Shown: positions 19,724 to 27,421, counted from the stretch's first letter. The stretch: 32,000 nt of DNA from Geobacter sulfurreducens PCA (GCF_000007985.2 NC_002939.5:60001-92000); one strand, 5' to 3'. Notes: generated by a model from the sequence alone, not told the origin. A program made the numbers and translations.

Positions 19724-21043
19724 CTACCGTAGTAGCTCTTCGAGATATGCGGCCCATTTGGTCAGGGCGGCTTTTTTTTGAGGATCGTAACGATACAAAT
19801 CATATGTTTTCTGGATGCCTGGGAGGGTGTGGTTCAGCACTCTTTCCGCGTGCCTGGTGGGAATGTTGATGGCGGACATTCTAGTACGTGCTGTCCTCCG
19901 TAGGTCGTGAGGGGTCCATCGAGTCAGACCGTAGTATTTCTCCTTGTCGGGGTACGCGATTTCTTTCTCAAGTAGCTGCATCAGAGCTTTGGCAGCTACA
20001 GGGCCACAGGGGCCTGCGAAAACATGGCCCTCTGTGTCTCTGACGAGCTCAGGCACCAGTGGAGCTGCATGAACCACGTGGGATAGAGCTTTGGAGTCCA
20101 TCGCGCCACCACGGGGGCTCTCGAAAATGTAGCCATCTTTATCGCCGATGAGCTCAAGCGCCAGTGGAGAGAGGTAGACCCTATGAGGTTGTGGGCCTAC
20201 CGAATTGGACCGAGTGCGGTCCTTTTCTGTTTTTATTCTCTCAGGTGGGATTGTCCACCACTCGCCATCGATCTCTCTGCGATGCATACCGATGACTTCT
20301 CCGGGCCGCTGCGCGGTCACCAAGATCAATTTCAAAGCGCGCTTCGTCTCGTCCGAGCCCGCACTTTTATCGATGGCGCTCCAGATGTATTTAATTTCGC
20401 TTTCGGTTAGCACTCTTGACCTTGTGCGCGGCATAGTTGCCGGCACCGCCTTGCTTATTCTTGAAAACGGGTTAGCTTCCACGTACTTCCTCTCGATGGC
20501 GAACTCATACATTTTGCGGCCCACCTTCAGAATGTTCCGCGCTTGGCCAGGAGAGCCTCGCCGGACTATGCGCTCAAGCAGGGCGATGGCGTCGGTCCGT
20601 TTGATGTCTTTAGCTTTCCTCTTGCCCCAGTAAGGGAGAACATCCTTCGACAGGGCTCGCTCATCCTCGGTGGCGGATCGCTCGACCTTGTACACCTTGG
20701 CCCAGTTCTTAACGTATTCGTCGATGAGGTCGGCCACGGTTATCGCCTCGCGTCGCTCCCGCTTCTGTTCTTGTGTGGCAGCCAAGGGGTCGATGCCCTT
20801 AGCGTGCTGTGAAACTGCATCTCGGTGCTTCTGCCTCGCATCGGCCAATGAGAGCTGGGGGTATTTGCCGAGGTTCAAGAAGCGCCGCTTCCCGTCAAAG
20901 TGGTACATGTAGAAAAATGATCTTGCCCCGCTGGGGAAGACTCGCACTCCGAAGCCATCACCTTCGCGAATGTCATAGGGCTTTTCCTGCGGCTTTAGAG
21001 CCCGGAGAAACTTATCGCTAAACTTGGTAGACTGCCGTGCCAT
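19724..21043 (-). CDS. int: Tyrosine site-specific integrase (P4-like, with N-terminal arm-binding DUF4102-type domain)
   Basis: Start at MARQSTKFSDKFLRALKP... (ATG 21043, AAGGAGGG upstream), within track ORF 19724..21100. N-terminal part: DIREGDGFGVRVFPSGARSFFYMYHFDGKRRFLNLGKYPQLSLADAR. Catalytic region: TAQRPGE..., HDLRRTARTRM, HAERVLNH..., KTYDLY. Confidence 0.9.
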   Translation of the reverse strand: MARQSTKFSDKFLRALKPQEKPYDIREGDGFGVRVFPSGARSFFYMYHFDGKRRFLNLGKYPQLSLADARQKHRDAVSQHAKGIDPLAATQEQKRERREAITVADLIDEYVKNWAKVYKVERSATEDERALSKDVLPYWGKRKAKDIKRTDAIALLERIVRRGSPGQARNILKVGRKMYEFAIERKYVEANPFSRISKAVPATMPRTRSRVLTESEIKYIWSAIDKSAGSDETKRALKLILVTAQRPGEVIGMHRREIDGEWWTIPPERIKTEKDRTRSNSVGPQPHRVYLSPLALELIGDKDGYIFESPRGGAMDSKALSHVVHAAPLVPELVRDTEGHVFAGPCGPVAAKALMQLLEKEIAYPDKEKYYGLTRWTPHDLRRTARTRMSAINIPTRHAERVLNHTLPGIQKTYDLYRYDPQKKAALTKWAAYLEELLR

Positions 21044-21273
21044 TGGTACCCTCCTTTTTGTGGATATTCGGAATATCCGGAGGGTGTTAAGGGGAGGCAT
21101 TCGGAATTTTTCGCGTGGCCTCTTCCGTGGCCTCCAATAGGATGACAGGGCATGCAGGGAAATGAAATTTGCTGAAGCTCGGAAACGAAATAAAGCTTTA
21201 AAAATTCAAACAATTGTGCTAGATTTCTGGCGTGCTGAGGCTGCCCCTGAAACCCCATGAAATGAACTATGGT

Positions 21274-21323
21274 GCAGACTACGAATCTGGGGGTCAGGAG
21301 TTCGAATCTCTTCGAGCGCGCCA
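21274..21323 (+). pseudogene. 3' half of tRNA-Arg(ACG): anticodon arm to CCA only (att-site remnant)
   Basis: GCAGA-CTACGAA-TCTGG (anticodon ACG at 21281-21283), variable GGGTC, T-arm AGGAG-TTCGAAT-CTCTT, acceptor 3' strand CGAGCGC, discriminator G and CCA. No complementary GCGCTCG acceptor strand or D-arm lies in the 150 nt upstream. Confidence 0.75.
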
Positions 21324-21329
21324 TATCAG

Positions 21330-21360
21330 AGGGGCTAGGCAGATTGCCTAGCCCCTTTTT
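21330..21360 (+). terminator. Intrinsic terminator of the (former) tRNA-Arg gene
   Basis: 12-bp stem AGGGGCTAGGCA-gat-TGCCTAGCCCCT followed by TTTTT. Confidence 0.8.
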
Positions 21361-21423
21361 CTATCCGAGGCCGCTCGGGCAGGGTGGATTAACGTGACCT
21401 ACCGGGAGCATGGCGACAGAGGA

Positions 21424-21963
21424 ATGTCATCTTTGAAAAAGACCCCCATTCGCGACGATGCCTATTGGATGGGAAAGGCGATTCGAGAAGCCGCAAAAGC
21501 TGCAGCCCGTGACGAAGTTCCCATCGGGGCCGTTATCGTGCGTGACGGTGCAGTGATCGGGAGGGGGCACAACCTCCGCGAGGGTAGCAATGATCCCTCT
21601 GCCCATGCCGAAATGATCGCCATCCGGCAGGCCGCCCGCAGGTCGGCAAACTGGCGTCTTACGGGCGCAACTCTGTATGTGACGCTGGAACCGTGCCTCA
21701 TGTGCATGGGGGCTATTATCCTCGCACGACTGGAACGGGTCGTTTTCGGCTGTTATGACCCCAAGGGGGGCGCAGCAGGGTCACTCTACGATCTCTCCGC
21801 GGACCCGCGCCTGAATCATCAGGTAAGGTTATCGCCCGGCGTCTGTCAGGAAGAATGTGGCACGATGCTGAGTGACTTTTTTCGTGATCTTCGCCGCAGG
21901 AAAAAGGCCAAGGCTACCCCCGCGCTTTTCATCGATGAAAGGAAAGTGCCACCAGAGCCTTGA
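21424..21963 (+). CDS. tadA: tRNA-specific adenosine(34) deaminase TadA
   Basis: Track ORF 21394..21963 (alternative start GTG 21394). CDA zinc motifs HAEM and PCLMC are present, along with VPIGAVIV..G.VIGRGHN and FGCYDPKGGAAGS. The C-terminal tail is basic. Confidence 0.9.
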   Translation: MSSLKKTPIRDDAYWMGKAIREAAKAAARDEVPIGAVIVRDGAVIGRGHNLREGSNDPSAHAEMIAIRQAARRSANWRLTGATLYVTLEPCLMCMGAIILARLERVVFGCYDPKGGAAGSLYDLSADPRLNHQVRLSPGVCQEECGTMLSDFFRDLRRRKKAKATPALFIDERKVPPEP

Positions 21964-22023
21964 GTTTTTTTTGTAAATGAGGTATAAACGACCCGCATTC
22001 CATGCAGGGTCCAGCAATGTTAC

Positions 22024-22113
22024 GGAGAGATGGCCGAGTGGTCGAAGGCGGCAGACTCGAAATCTGTTGTACCGCTTGCGGTACCTAGGGTTCGAATCCC
22101 TATCTCTCCGCCA
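22024..22113 (+). tRNA. tRNA-Ser(CGA), class II with a long variable arm
   Basis: Acceptor GGAGAGA/TCTCTCC. Anticodon arm GCAGA-CTCGAAA-TCTGT (anticodon CGA). Variable arm GTACCG-cttg-CGGTAC. T-arm TAGGG-TTCGAAT-CCCTA. CCA is encoded. Confidence 0.92.
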
Positions 22114-22120
22114 TACCAAA

Positions 22121-22154
22121 AGGGGCAACCGGTAAAACGGTATGCCCCTTTTTC
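22121..22154 (+). terminator. Intrinsic terminator after tRNA-Ser
   Basis: AGGGGCAACCG-gtaaaa-CGGT(A)TGCCCCT followed by a T run. Confidence 0.75.
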
Positions 22155-22280
22155 TTTGCAGTAACAGCATGATTGCTTCGATGCGGTCAACAGAGGTGCA
22201 TTGACAGTCACTGCTCGACTGCTAAACTTTCTAAGACTATCCGTCCGGGCCGGCAGATTCTCCTGCGGGAGGTGCTATCT

Positions 22281-22493
22281 ATGCTCATCCGGGTCCGATA
22301 TGAGAATGACACCTACGATATGCTCAAGGCGTGGCGACTCCAGGAGTATCTGGACGATGGCAAGGTAGTTGCCTTCCTTCGATCTGACGGCTGGGCGGTG
22401 GTGGGGCGCGATCCGCTCAGACGGAGCATGGGCAGGGGATATCCGGGCCCTGAGCGACGGCGTATAGAGAACAACCTGCACCGGGCTGCCTGA
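22281..22493 (+). CDS. Small conserved-looking hypothetical protein (70 aa)
   Basis: ATG 22281 is preceded by GGGAGG, within track ORF 22173..22493. The product is MLIRVRYENDTYDMLKAWRLQEYLDDGKVVAFLRSDGWAVVGRDPLRRSMGRGYPGPERRRIENNLHRAA. It is followed by its own terminator. Confidence 0.5.
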   Translation: MLIRVRYENDTYDMLKAWRLQEYLDDGKVVAFLRSDGWAVVGRDPLRRSMGRGYPGPERRRIENNLHRAA

Positions 22494-22507
22494 ACGTGCA
22501 GTATGGG

Positions 22508-22543
22508 GACCGGTGCCCGCCTTGAGCGGGTTCCGGTCTTTTT
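22508..22543 (+). terminator. Intrinsic terminator
   Basis: GACCGG-t-GCCCGC-cttga-GCGGG-tt-CCGGTC followed by TTTTT. Confidence 0.7.
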
Positions 22544-22561
22544 GTCTCCAGAGAGGAGGTT

Positions 22562-23272
22562 GTGGTGGCCATTGATGAGCAAAAACCCGTCTACGAACTA
22601 CAGAAGGAGCTCGACGCTCTGAGAGAGGACTACCTTGCCGGTATGTCCCCCGAGCATGCGGCAACGCTGCAACGCACCGCTACCGAACTGGTACTGTCGG
22701 GGATAGTCGGACATGCTGCAACGATTGGCGATCGGGCGCAGGACTTCACCCTGCCCAATGCAGTGGGCAGGCAAATCCGGCTTTCCGAGGTCACGGCCCA
22801 GTCAACGGCAGTGGTGACGTTTTATCGGGGTGCATGGTGACCATACTGCAGCCTGCAGTTGCGGGCGTATCAGGCGGTGTTGCCACGGCTTCGGGAGCTG
22901 GGGGGCGAACTCTTGGCCATTTCACCCCAGACCCCGGACAAGTCGCAGGCGACGTTACTCAAGAACTTTTTGCAGTATGAGGTGTTGAGTGACGTGGGGA
23001 ATCTGGTCGCCCGCAGCTTTGGCCTCGTGTATCCGCTGGGAGAGGAAATGCGTCGCATCTATCTCGGGTTCGGGGTAAATCTTGCGGACTACAACGGCGA
23101 CGAATCCTGGGAGTTGCCGCTTCCCGGCACGTTCGTCATTGATGGCACGATGACCATCCGGTATTCATTCGTGGATGCCGATTACACCCGGCGCCTCGAG
23201 CCGGCGACGATACTAGACGTGTTGGAGCGGATCCGCGAGGAGAGGGGGCGTGATGATAACCAGGCTTCTTGA
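22562..23272 (+). CDS. Peroxiredoxin-like (AhpC/TSA, thioredoxin-fold) protein with in-frame UGA at the redox motif: probable selenoprotein (UxxC)
   Basis: Track ORFs 22562..22840 and 22859..23272 are in the same frame, separated only by TGA 22838-22840. Read-through gives ...VVTFYRGAW-U-PYCSLQLRAYQAVLPRL..., the F(Y/F)RGxWCPxC motif with UGA replacing the first Cys. A hairpin GCCUGC-AGUU-GCGGGC starts 10 nt after the UGA. The start is GTG 22562 or 22565, after GGAGG. Confidence 0.65.
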
Positions 23273-23900
23273 GGGGAACCGGCGTTTTGTGGCGGAGGTC
23301 TTTGAAAAGGAGCGCGAGACCTTTGCGACCCTTGCCCGGGGGCAGCGTCCGACAGTTCTCTGGATCGGTTGCTCCGACTCTCGAGTGCCGGTCAACACCA
23401 TTACCCAGACCAAGGCGGGAGAAGTTTTCGTCCACCGTAACGTGGGGAACGTGGTCTCGGTCAACGACTGGAACCTTTCGGCAGTGCTCGAATTCTCGAT
23501 CAACCATTTGTGCATCCCCGATATCGTTATCTGTGGTCACTACGGCTGCGGCGGCATTCAGGCCCTGGACGAGGAGCGGGCTGACGACAAATACATTCCC
23601 ATCTGGCTCATCAATGCCTACAAGGCCAAGGAACGGGTCGACGAAAAGATCCGGGCGCTCCACATCGGTCTCCCTCCCGAGCAGCGTATGAAGCTCATCG
23701 TGGAGGAAAATGTCCGGCTCCAGCTGGAACACCTGCGCGAATATCCCTTTGTCCGTACCGCCATGCGCCAAGGCAAACTGAGCATCCATGGCTGGATTTA
23801 CGACATGGAGAGCGGTGAAATCAAGATTCTGTCCACTGAGCGGCCAGGAGAGGGGGCGGCAGTTTCGTCCCGGGCCACGGAGTATTGCCCGCTCCCGTAA
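23253..23900 (+). CDS. Beta-class carbonic anhydrase
   Basis: MITRLLEGNRRFVAE...QRPTVLWIGCSDSRVP...VFVHRNVGNVV...ICGHYGCGGI carries the beta-CA Zn ligands (CxDxR, HxxC). It overlaps the preceding gene's end by about 20 nt. Confidence 0.88.
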   Translation: MITRLLEGNRRFVAEVFEKERETFATLARGQRPTVLWIGCSDSRVPVNTITQTKAGEVFVHRNVGNVVSVNDWNLSAVLEFSINHLCIPDIVICGHYGCGGIQALDEERADDKYIPIWLINAYKAKERVDEKIRALHIGLPPEQRMKLIVEENVRLQLEHLREYPFVRTAMRQGKLSIHGWIYDMESGEIKILSTERPGEGAAVSSRATEYCPLP

Positions 23901-24004
23901 GTTTCGTCGCAAAGGGGCCTTGCTGTTCCCTCTAAGCAAACGCTGCCCCGGATCCCGGCTCTGCATCGCCGGAAGAATTGTAGAATGGTTGAAGAGGAGG
24001 TTGC

Positions 24005-24487
24005 GTGAAGAGCCATGTCTGGCGTCCCCTCTATGTTGCCCTTAGCGTGGCCGGAGCGCTGCTCTTGGCACGCAGCTTTCTGGTGCCTAACGATTTCGGG
24101 GTGCATGAGCAAGGGTACATGTACGGCTGGCACCGCAAGGGGAACGAGAACGAGTGGAAACAGGTTCCCGTCAAGTACCGGACCAAAGCCTACTGCGTTG
24201 GATGTCACGCTGCAAAGGTCGCCAGTATCGACCGCTCTCCCCATGGCGTCATTCCCTGTGAGAATTGTCACGGACCTGCCCTGGGGCACCCCAAGGACCC
24301 GCCGACCCTGACCATTGACCACAGCCGCCGGCTGTGCCTCCGTTGCCACGCAAAACTCGTGACGCCATCCAGCGGCAGATCGCAGATTCGCGGCATAGAT
24401 CCCGATACACACAACCCCCAGGCCGAGTGCCGGCTCTGCCACGATCCCCACCACCCAAATCTGGAGGAGTTGAAGCGCTATGAATAG
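24005..24487 (+). CDS. Membrane-anchored tetrahaem c-type cytochrome
   Basis: GTG 24005 follows AGAGGAGG. There is an N-terminal TM/signal anchor (PLYVALSVAGALLLA). Four CxxCH motifs are present: CVGCH, CENCH, CLRCH, CRLCH. It overlaps the next gene by 8 nt. The module resembles the Geobacter Cbc-type (possibly Cbc4/CbcSTU-like) quinol oxidoreductases, though I did not verify that name. Confidence 0.85.
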   Translation: MKSHVWRPLYVALSVAGALLLARSFLVPNDFGVHEQGYMYGWHRKGNENEWKQVPVKYRTKAYCVGCHAAKVASIDRSPHGVIPCENCHGPALGHPKDPPTLTIDHSRRLCLRCHAKLVTPSSGRSQIRGIDPDTHNPQAECRLCHDPHHPNLEELKRYE

Positions 24488-25253
24488 ACGCGAGTTTCTC
24501 AGACGGAGCATGGTGGTTGTCGCGGGGTTGGCGGTGCCGGCGGCGGCTCTGGAGCTTGTCGACCCGAAAAGGCTGCTGGCGGCACGGCCGGAGTTGCGCT
24601 GGGCCTTTCTGGTTGATACCTACAAATGCGTGGGGTGTGGCTTCTGTGTCAAGGCGTGCAAGGTGGAGAACGAGGTCCCCTACGAGGCCAACGTGACTCG
24701 TACGTGGGTCGAGCGTTACGTGGTGAAACCGGATGGCGAGGTTCTCATTGATTCGCCACGTGGCGCCCGCGACGGTTTCACCGATAAGAGAATCGAGGTC
24801 GGAACGGGGAAACCCCGGGACGTGGGGGATGAAGAGGTGGAAAAAGCCTTCTTTGTCCCAAAACTCTGCAATCAGTGCGACAACCCGCCCTGCGTCCAGG
24901 TCTGCCCCGTGGGGGCCACCTACAAGACCGTCGACGGGGTCGTGCTCGTGGACCGCTCATGGTGCATCGGCTGCGGCTATTGCATCATGGGGTGCCCGTA
25001 CGGGGTCCGTTTTTTTCATCCGGTGCACAAGGTGGCGGAGAAGTGCAACTTCTGTTACCACCGGATTTCCCAGGGGCAGGCGACGGCGTGCGTCGACGCC
25101 TGCCCGTTCGGCGCCCGCCGGATCGGCAATCTTCGCGATCCGCATGACCCGATCACCAAGATCATCATGGCCGGGCGGGTCGGCATCCTCAAGGAAGAGT
25201 ACGGAACCAAGCCCCAGGTCTACTATGTGGGGCTCTCCAAGGAGGTACGCTAG
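24480..25253 (+). CDS. 4Fe-4S ferredoxin-type iron-sulfur subunit (DmsB/NrfC/HybA-like) with a Tat signal
   Basis: The Tat motif is MNRREFLRRSMVVVAGLAVPAAA. Multiple CxxCxxCxxxC(P) clusters are present (CVGCGFCVKAC, CNQCDNPPCVQVCP, CIGCGYCIMGCP, CNFC...CVDACP). Confidence 0.9.
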   Translation: MNRREFLRRSMVVVAGLAVPAAALELVDPKRLLAARPELRWAFLVDTYKCVGCGFCVKACKVENEVPYEANVTRTWVERYVVKPDGEVLIDSPRGARDGFTDKRIEVGTGKPRDVGDEEVEKAFFVPKLCNQCDNPPCVQVCPVGATYKTVDGVVLVDRSWCIGCGYCIMGCPYGVRFFHPVHKVAEKCNFCYHRISQGQATACVDACPFGARRIGNLRDPHDPITKIIMAGRVGILKEEYGTKPQVYYVGLSKEVR

Positions 25254-25255
25254 CC

Positions 25256-26509
25256 ATGGTGCACGGGGAGGCCTGGACCGTCAAAGAGCTGTTCGTCTAT
25301 CCCAACGAGTACATCTACTGGACCATTCAGATCGTCATGTACCCGTTCCTGACCGGCCTCGTTGCCGGGGCCTTCGTGCTCTCGTCACTTTACCATGTGT
25401 TCGGAGTCAAGCAGTTGAAGGACATTGCCCGCTTTTCGCTCGTCTTTTCCTTCGCGCTTCTTCCCTGCGCGCCTCTGCCGCTTCTGCTCCACCTGCAGCA
25501 GCCGCTGCGCAACCATCATGTCCTCATGACGCCGCACTTCACATCGGCCATTGCCGCCTTTGGCATCGTCTTCCTCACCTACGGGATGATCGTCGCCTCG
25601 GAGCTCTGGTTCGTCTACCGGGGGTATTTTGCCGCCACGGCCCGGCAGCTGAAGGAACAGCGGGAGCACACCCGGGCGGAAACCATCAAGATGCGCCTCT
25701 ATTCGGTGCTGGTGCTGGGCGCCTGGGACGTGAGCCACCGTGCCCTGGAGCAGGATGAAAGGGCCGTTAAGATATTGGCGGCTGTTGGCATTCCCGTTGC
25801 CTGCTTCCTTCACGGCTACGCGGGATTCATCTTCGGTTCCGTCAAGGCTAACGCCCTCTGGATGACTCCGCTCATGCCCGTCATCTTCATTTGCTCCGCC
25901 GTGGTGTCGGGGATTGCTCTCTGTATTCTGACCTACATTGTCACAATGGAGCTGCGCAAGTTCGTTGCGGCCTGGCGACGGAGGGACAACCCGGGGCTGC
26001 CGGCCCCCGCGGAACACGGAGGGGAGGAGGCCAACGTGGTGAGAATGACCTCGCGGTATCTCATTATGTTCCTCATTCTGGCCATTACTCTGGAGCTGCT
26101 GGACCTCATCTTCCGGGGCTACACGGCAGTCAAGTCGTGGGATATCCTGCGCAGCGTCATCTACGGCAAGGACTTTGTCGCCATCTTTGTGCTCCAGTAC
26201 GGCCTCGGCAACCTTGTGCCGTTCATTCTGTTCCTTCTGCCCGGGCTCACCGTGCGCCGGGCGGTTGCGGGCACGCTGCTGGTACTGTTCGGCGTCTTTA
26301 TGATGCGATGGAACGTCGTTATCGGCGGTCAGGCCTTCTCCGCTTCATTTGCAGGTTTCATGCACTATCATCTGCCGATCATTCCCCATGATCTGGAAAC
26401 GTTCAAGGAGGGGTTGTTCGGGGCGCTTGCGGTCGGATCGGTGCCCTTTGTTCTGTTCTGGTTTCTTTCCCGGATTTTCCCGGTGTTCGGGTCCGATGAA
26501 CGTCACTAA
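25256..26509 (+). CDS. NrfD/PsrC-family integral membrane quinol-interacting subunit
   Basis: 417-aa polytopic membrane protein directly following the Fe-S subunit, with AAGGAGG upstream. This is the typical three-gene cytochrome/FeS/NrfD arrangement. Confidence 0.85.
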   Translation: MVHGEAWTVKELFVYPNEYIYWTIQIVMYPFLTGLVAGAFVLSSLYHVFGVKQLKDIARFSLVFSFALLPCAPLPLLLHLQQPLRNHHVLMTPHFTSAIAAFGIVFLTYGMIVASELWFVYRGYFAATARQLKEQREHTRAETIKMRLYSVLVLGAWDVSHRALEQDERAVKILAAVGIPVACFLHGYAGFIFGSVKANALWMTPLMPVIFICSAVVSGIALCILTYIVTMELRKFVAAWRRRDNPGLPAPAEHGGEEANVVRMTSRYLIMFLILAITLELLDLIFRGYTAVKSWDILRSVIYGKDFVAIFVLQYGLGNLVPFILFLLPGLTVRRAVAGTLLVLFGVFMMRWNVVIGGQAFSASFAGFMHYHLPIIPHDLETFKEGLFGALAVGSVPFVLFWFLSRIFPVFGSDERH

Positions 26510-26523
26510 CGATGTGTTTGCGA

Positions 26524-26552
26524 CAAAAAAAGGGGCGGCATTGAGCCGCCCC
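26524..26552 (-). terminator. Intrinsic terminator for the minus-strand gene 26580..27029
   Basis: GGGGCGGC-attga-GCCGCCCC with an A7 run on the + strand, which is a T run on the - strand after the hairpin. Confidence 0.65.
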
Positions 26553-26579
26553 ATGAAAGGAGAGAAAGGGGTGTCCGCA

Positions 26580-27029
26580 TTATCGGGCTGAGGATGGGAG
26601 CGATGATGTTTCCCGCTCGATAATCTCGATGATCTCGCGATAAATGGCGATCATCACGCCTATTTCGCGCCACTTCTTTGCAACCATCCGGAGCAGGGAC
26701 CAGGCGTGCACCAGGGTTCCCGACAGGATGAAAATACCGGCCAGCCTGGTCTGTTCTTCGCTGAGCATGACGCACGAGACGATGCCGACTACGATCATGG
26801 AGGCAAACCAAGCGAGCTCCGGCCCCTTGAAGGGGTTCTCCATGAGGGTCAAAAAGTCGACGTAGTAGCGGGTCAGCCCCTTTGCCTTGCGCAGAAACTC
26901 GCCCACCTCATCCCCTGCATATTTGAGATAGGCATAGGACAGGAAGCGTTCCGCAGCACGCGTTTTTCCCTTCTCCATCCTTTCGTGCACGTATTTATCG
27001 ATGGCTTCGTCGATCACTGTAGTGTCCAT
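26580..27029 (-). CDS. Hypothetical membrane protein (about 149 aa, two predicted TM helices)
   Basis: Track ORF 26580..27068. The better start is MDTTVIDEAIDKYV... (ATG 27029) after GGGAGGGA. The hydrophobic segments are LAWFASMIVVGIVSCVML and LAGIFILSGTLVHAWSLL. Confidence 0.6.
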   Translation of the reverse strand: MDTTVIDEAIDKYVHERMEKGKTRAAERFLSYAYLKYAGDEVGEFLRKAKGLTRYYVDFLTLMENPFKGPELAWFASMIVVGIVSCVMLSEEQTRLAGIFILSGTLVHAWSLLRMVAKKWREIGVMIAIYREIIEIIERETSSLPSSAR

Positions 27030-27421
27030 GGTCCCTCCCGCGGAGTATGGCGTTTTCTTGCGGGGCATGCCGGGTAGCCTGGAAGCCGGAGCATTGGCCT
27101 GCTCCGGTGAATGACTGTCGATTGTTGGTTACCCTCGCCCGGAATGCCGTGGCTGTCTGTGATAATTCATAAAACGTGCCATCTGGCAGCCTTTGCGAGG
27201 GACACCAATGAATCCCCTTGCGACTTCGGGATCTCGGAGCCGTGTATATAATTTTACTACAGATTTCAGCGGGTGCATTGTGTCTAAATTGTTTGCGCGT
27301 TGTATCAAATTGGGAGGGGGACGGTTCGCGTACCGGCAGTCGGTTTAAAGGAGGGCCGAAAATTTCGCATTACTGCGAGCAGGTTGGACAAAATGCGAGG
27401 AGCATAAGGATCGTTGCCGAC

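Noticed and set aside
21274-21323. Interpretation as the 3' end of tmRNA (ssrA), a common integrase target
   Set aside because: The segment contains a regular anticodon arm with a 7-nt loop CUACGAA. The acceptor would give G3-C70 and not the G-U needed for alanylation. The 5' partner about 350 nt upstream would fall inside the integrase ORF.
22838-22840. TGA as a genuine stop (two separate genes) or a pseudogene lesion
   Set aside because: The downstream ORF has no independent SD or ATG (only a TTG 18 nt later). The frame is preserved, and the UGA replaces exactly the first Cys of the WCPxC motif with a hairpin at SECIS distance. Selenocysteine is therefore favoured, though it remains unproven without tools.
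24733-25758. 341-aa + strand ORF spanning the FeS/NrfD junction. Also 23136..23966 (-), 23798..24511 (-), 25385..26017 (-)
   Set aside because: They are alternative-frame or antisense shadows with Arg/Pro/Ala-rich low-complexity translations. The annotated frames carry clear Fe-S, haem and membrane motifs.
27180-27260. c-di-GMP/cGAMP (GEMM-I) riboswitch on the minus strand (CGCAAAGGC-like segment)
   Set aside because: Only a short partial resemblance to the ACGCAAAGCC core exists. The GGCAAACC half and the paired P1/P2 architecture could not be found by eye.
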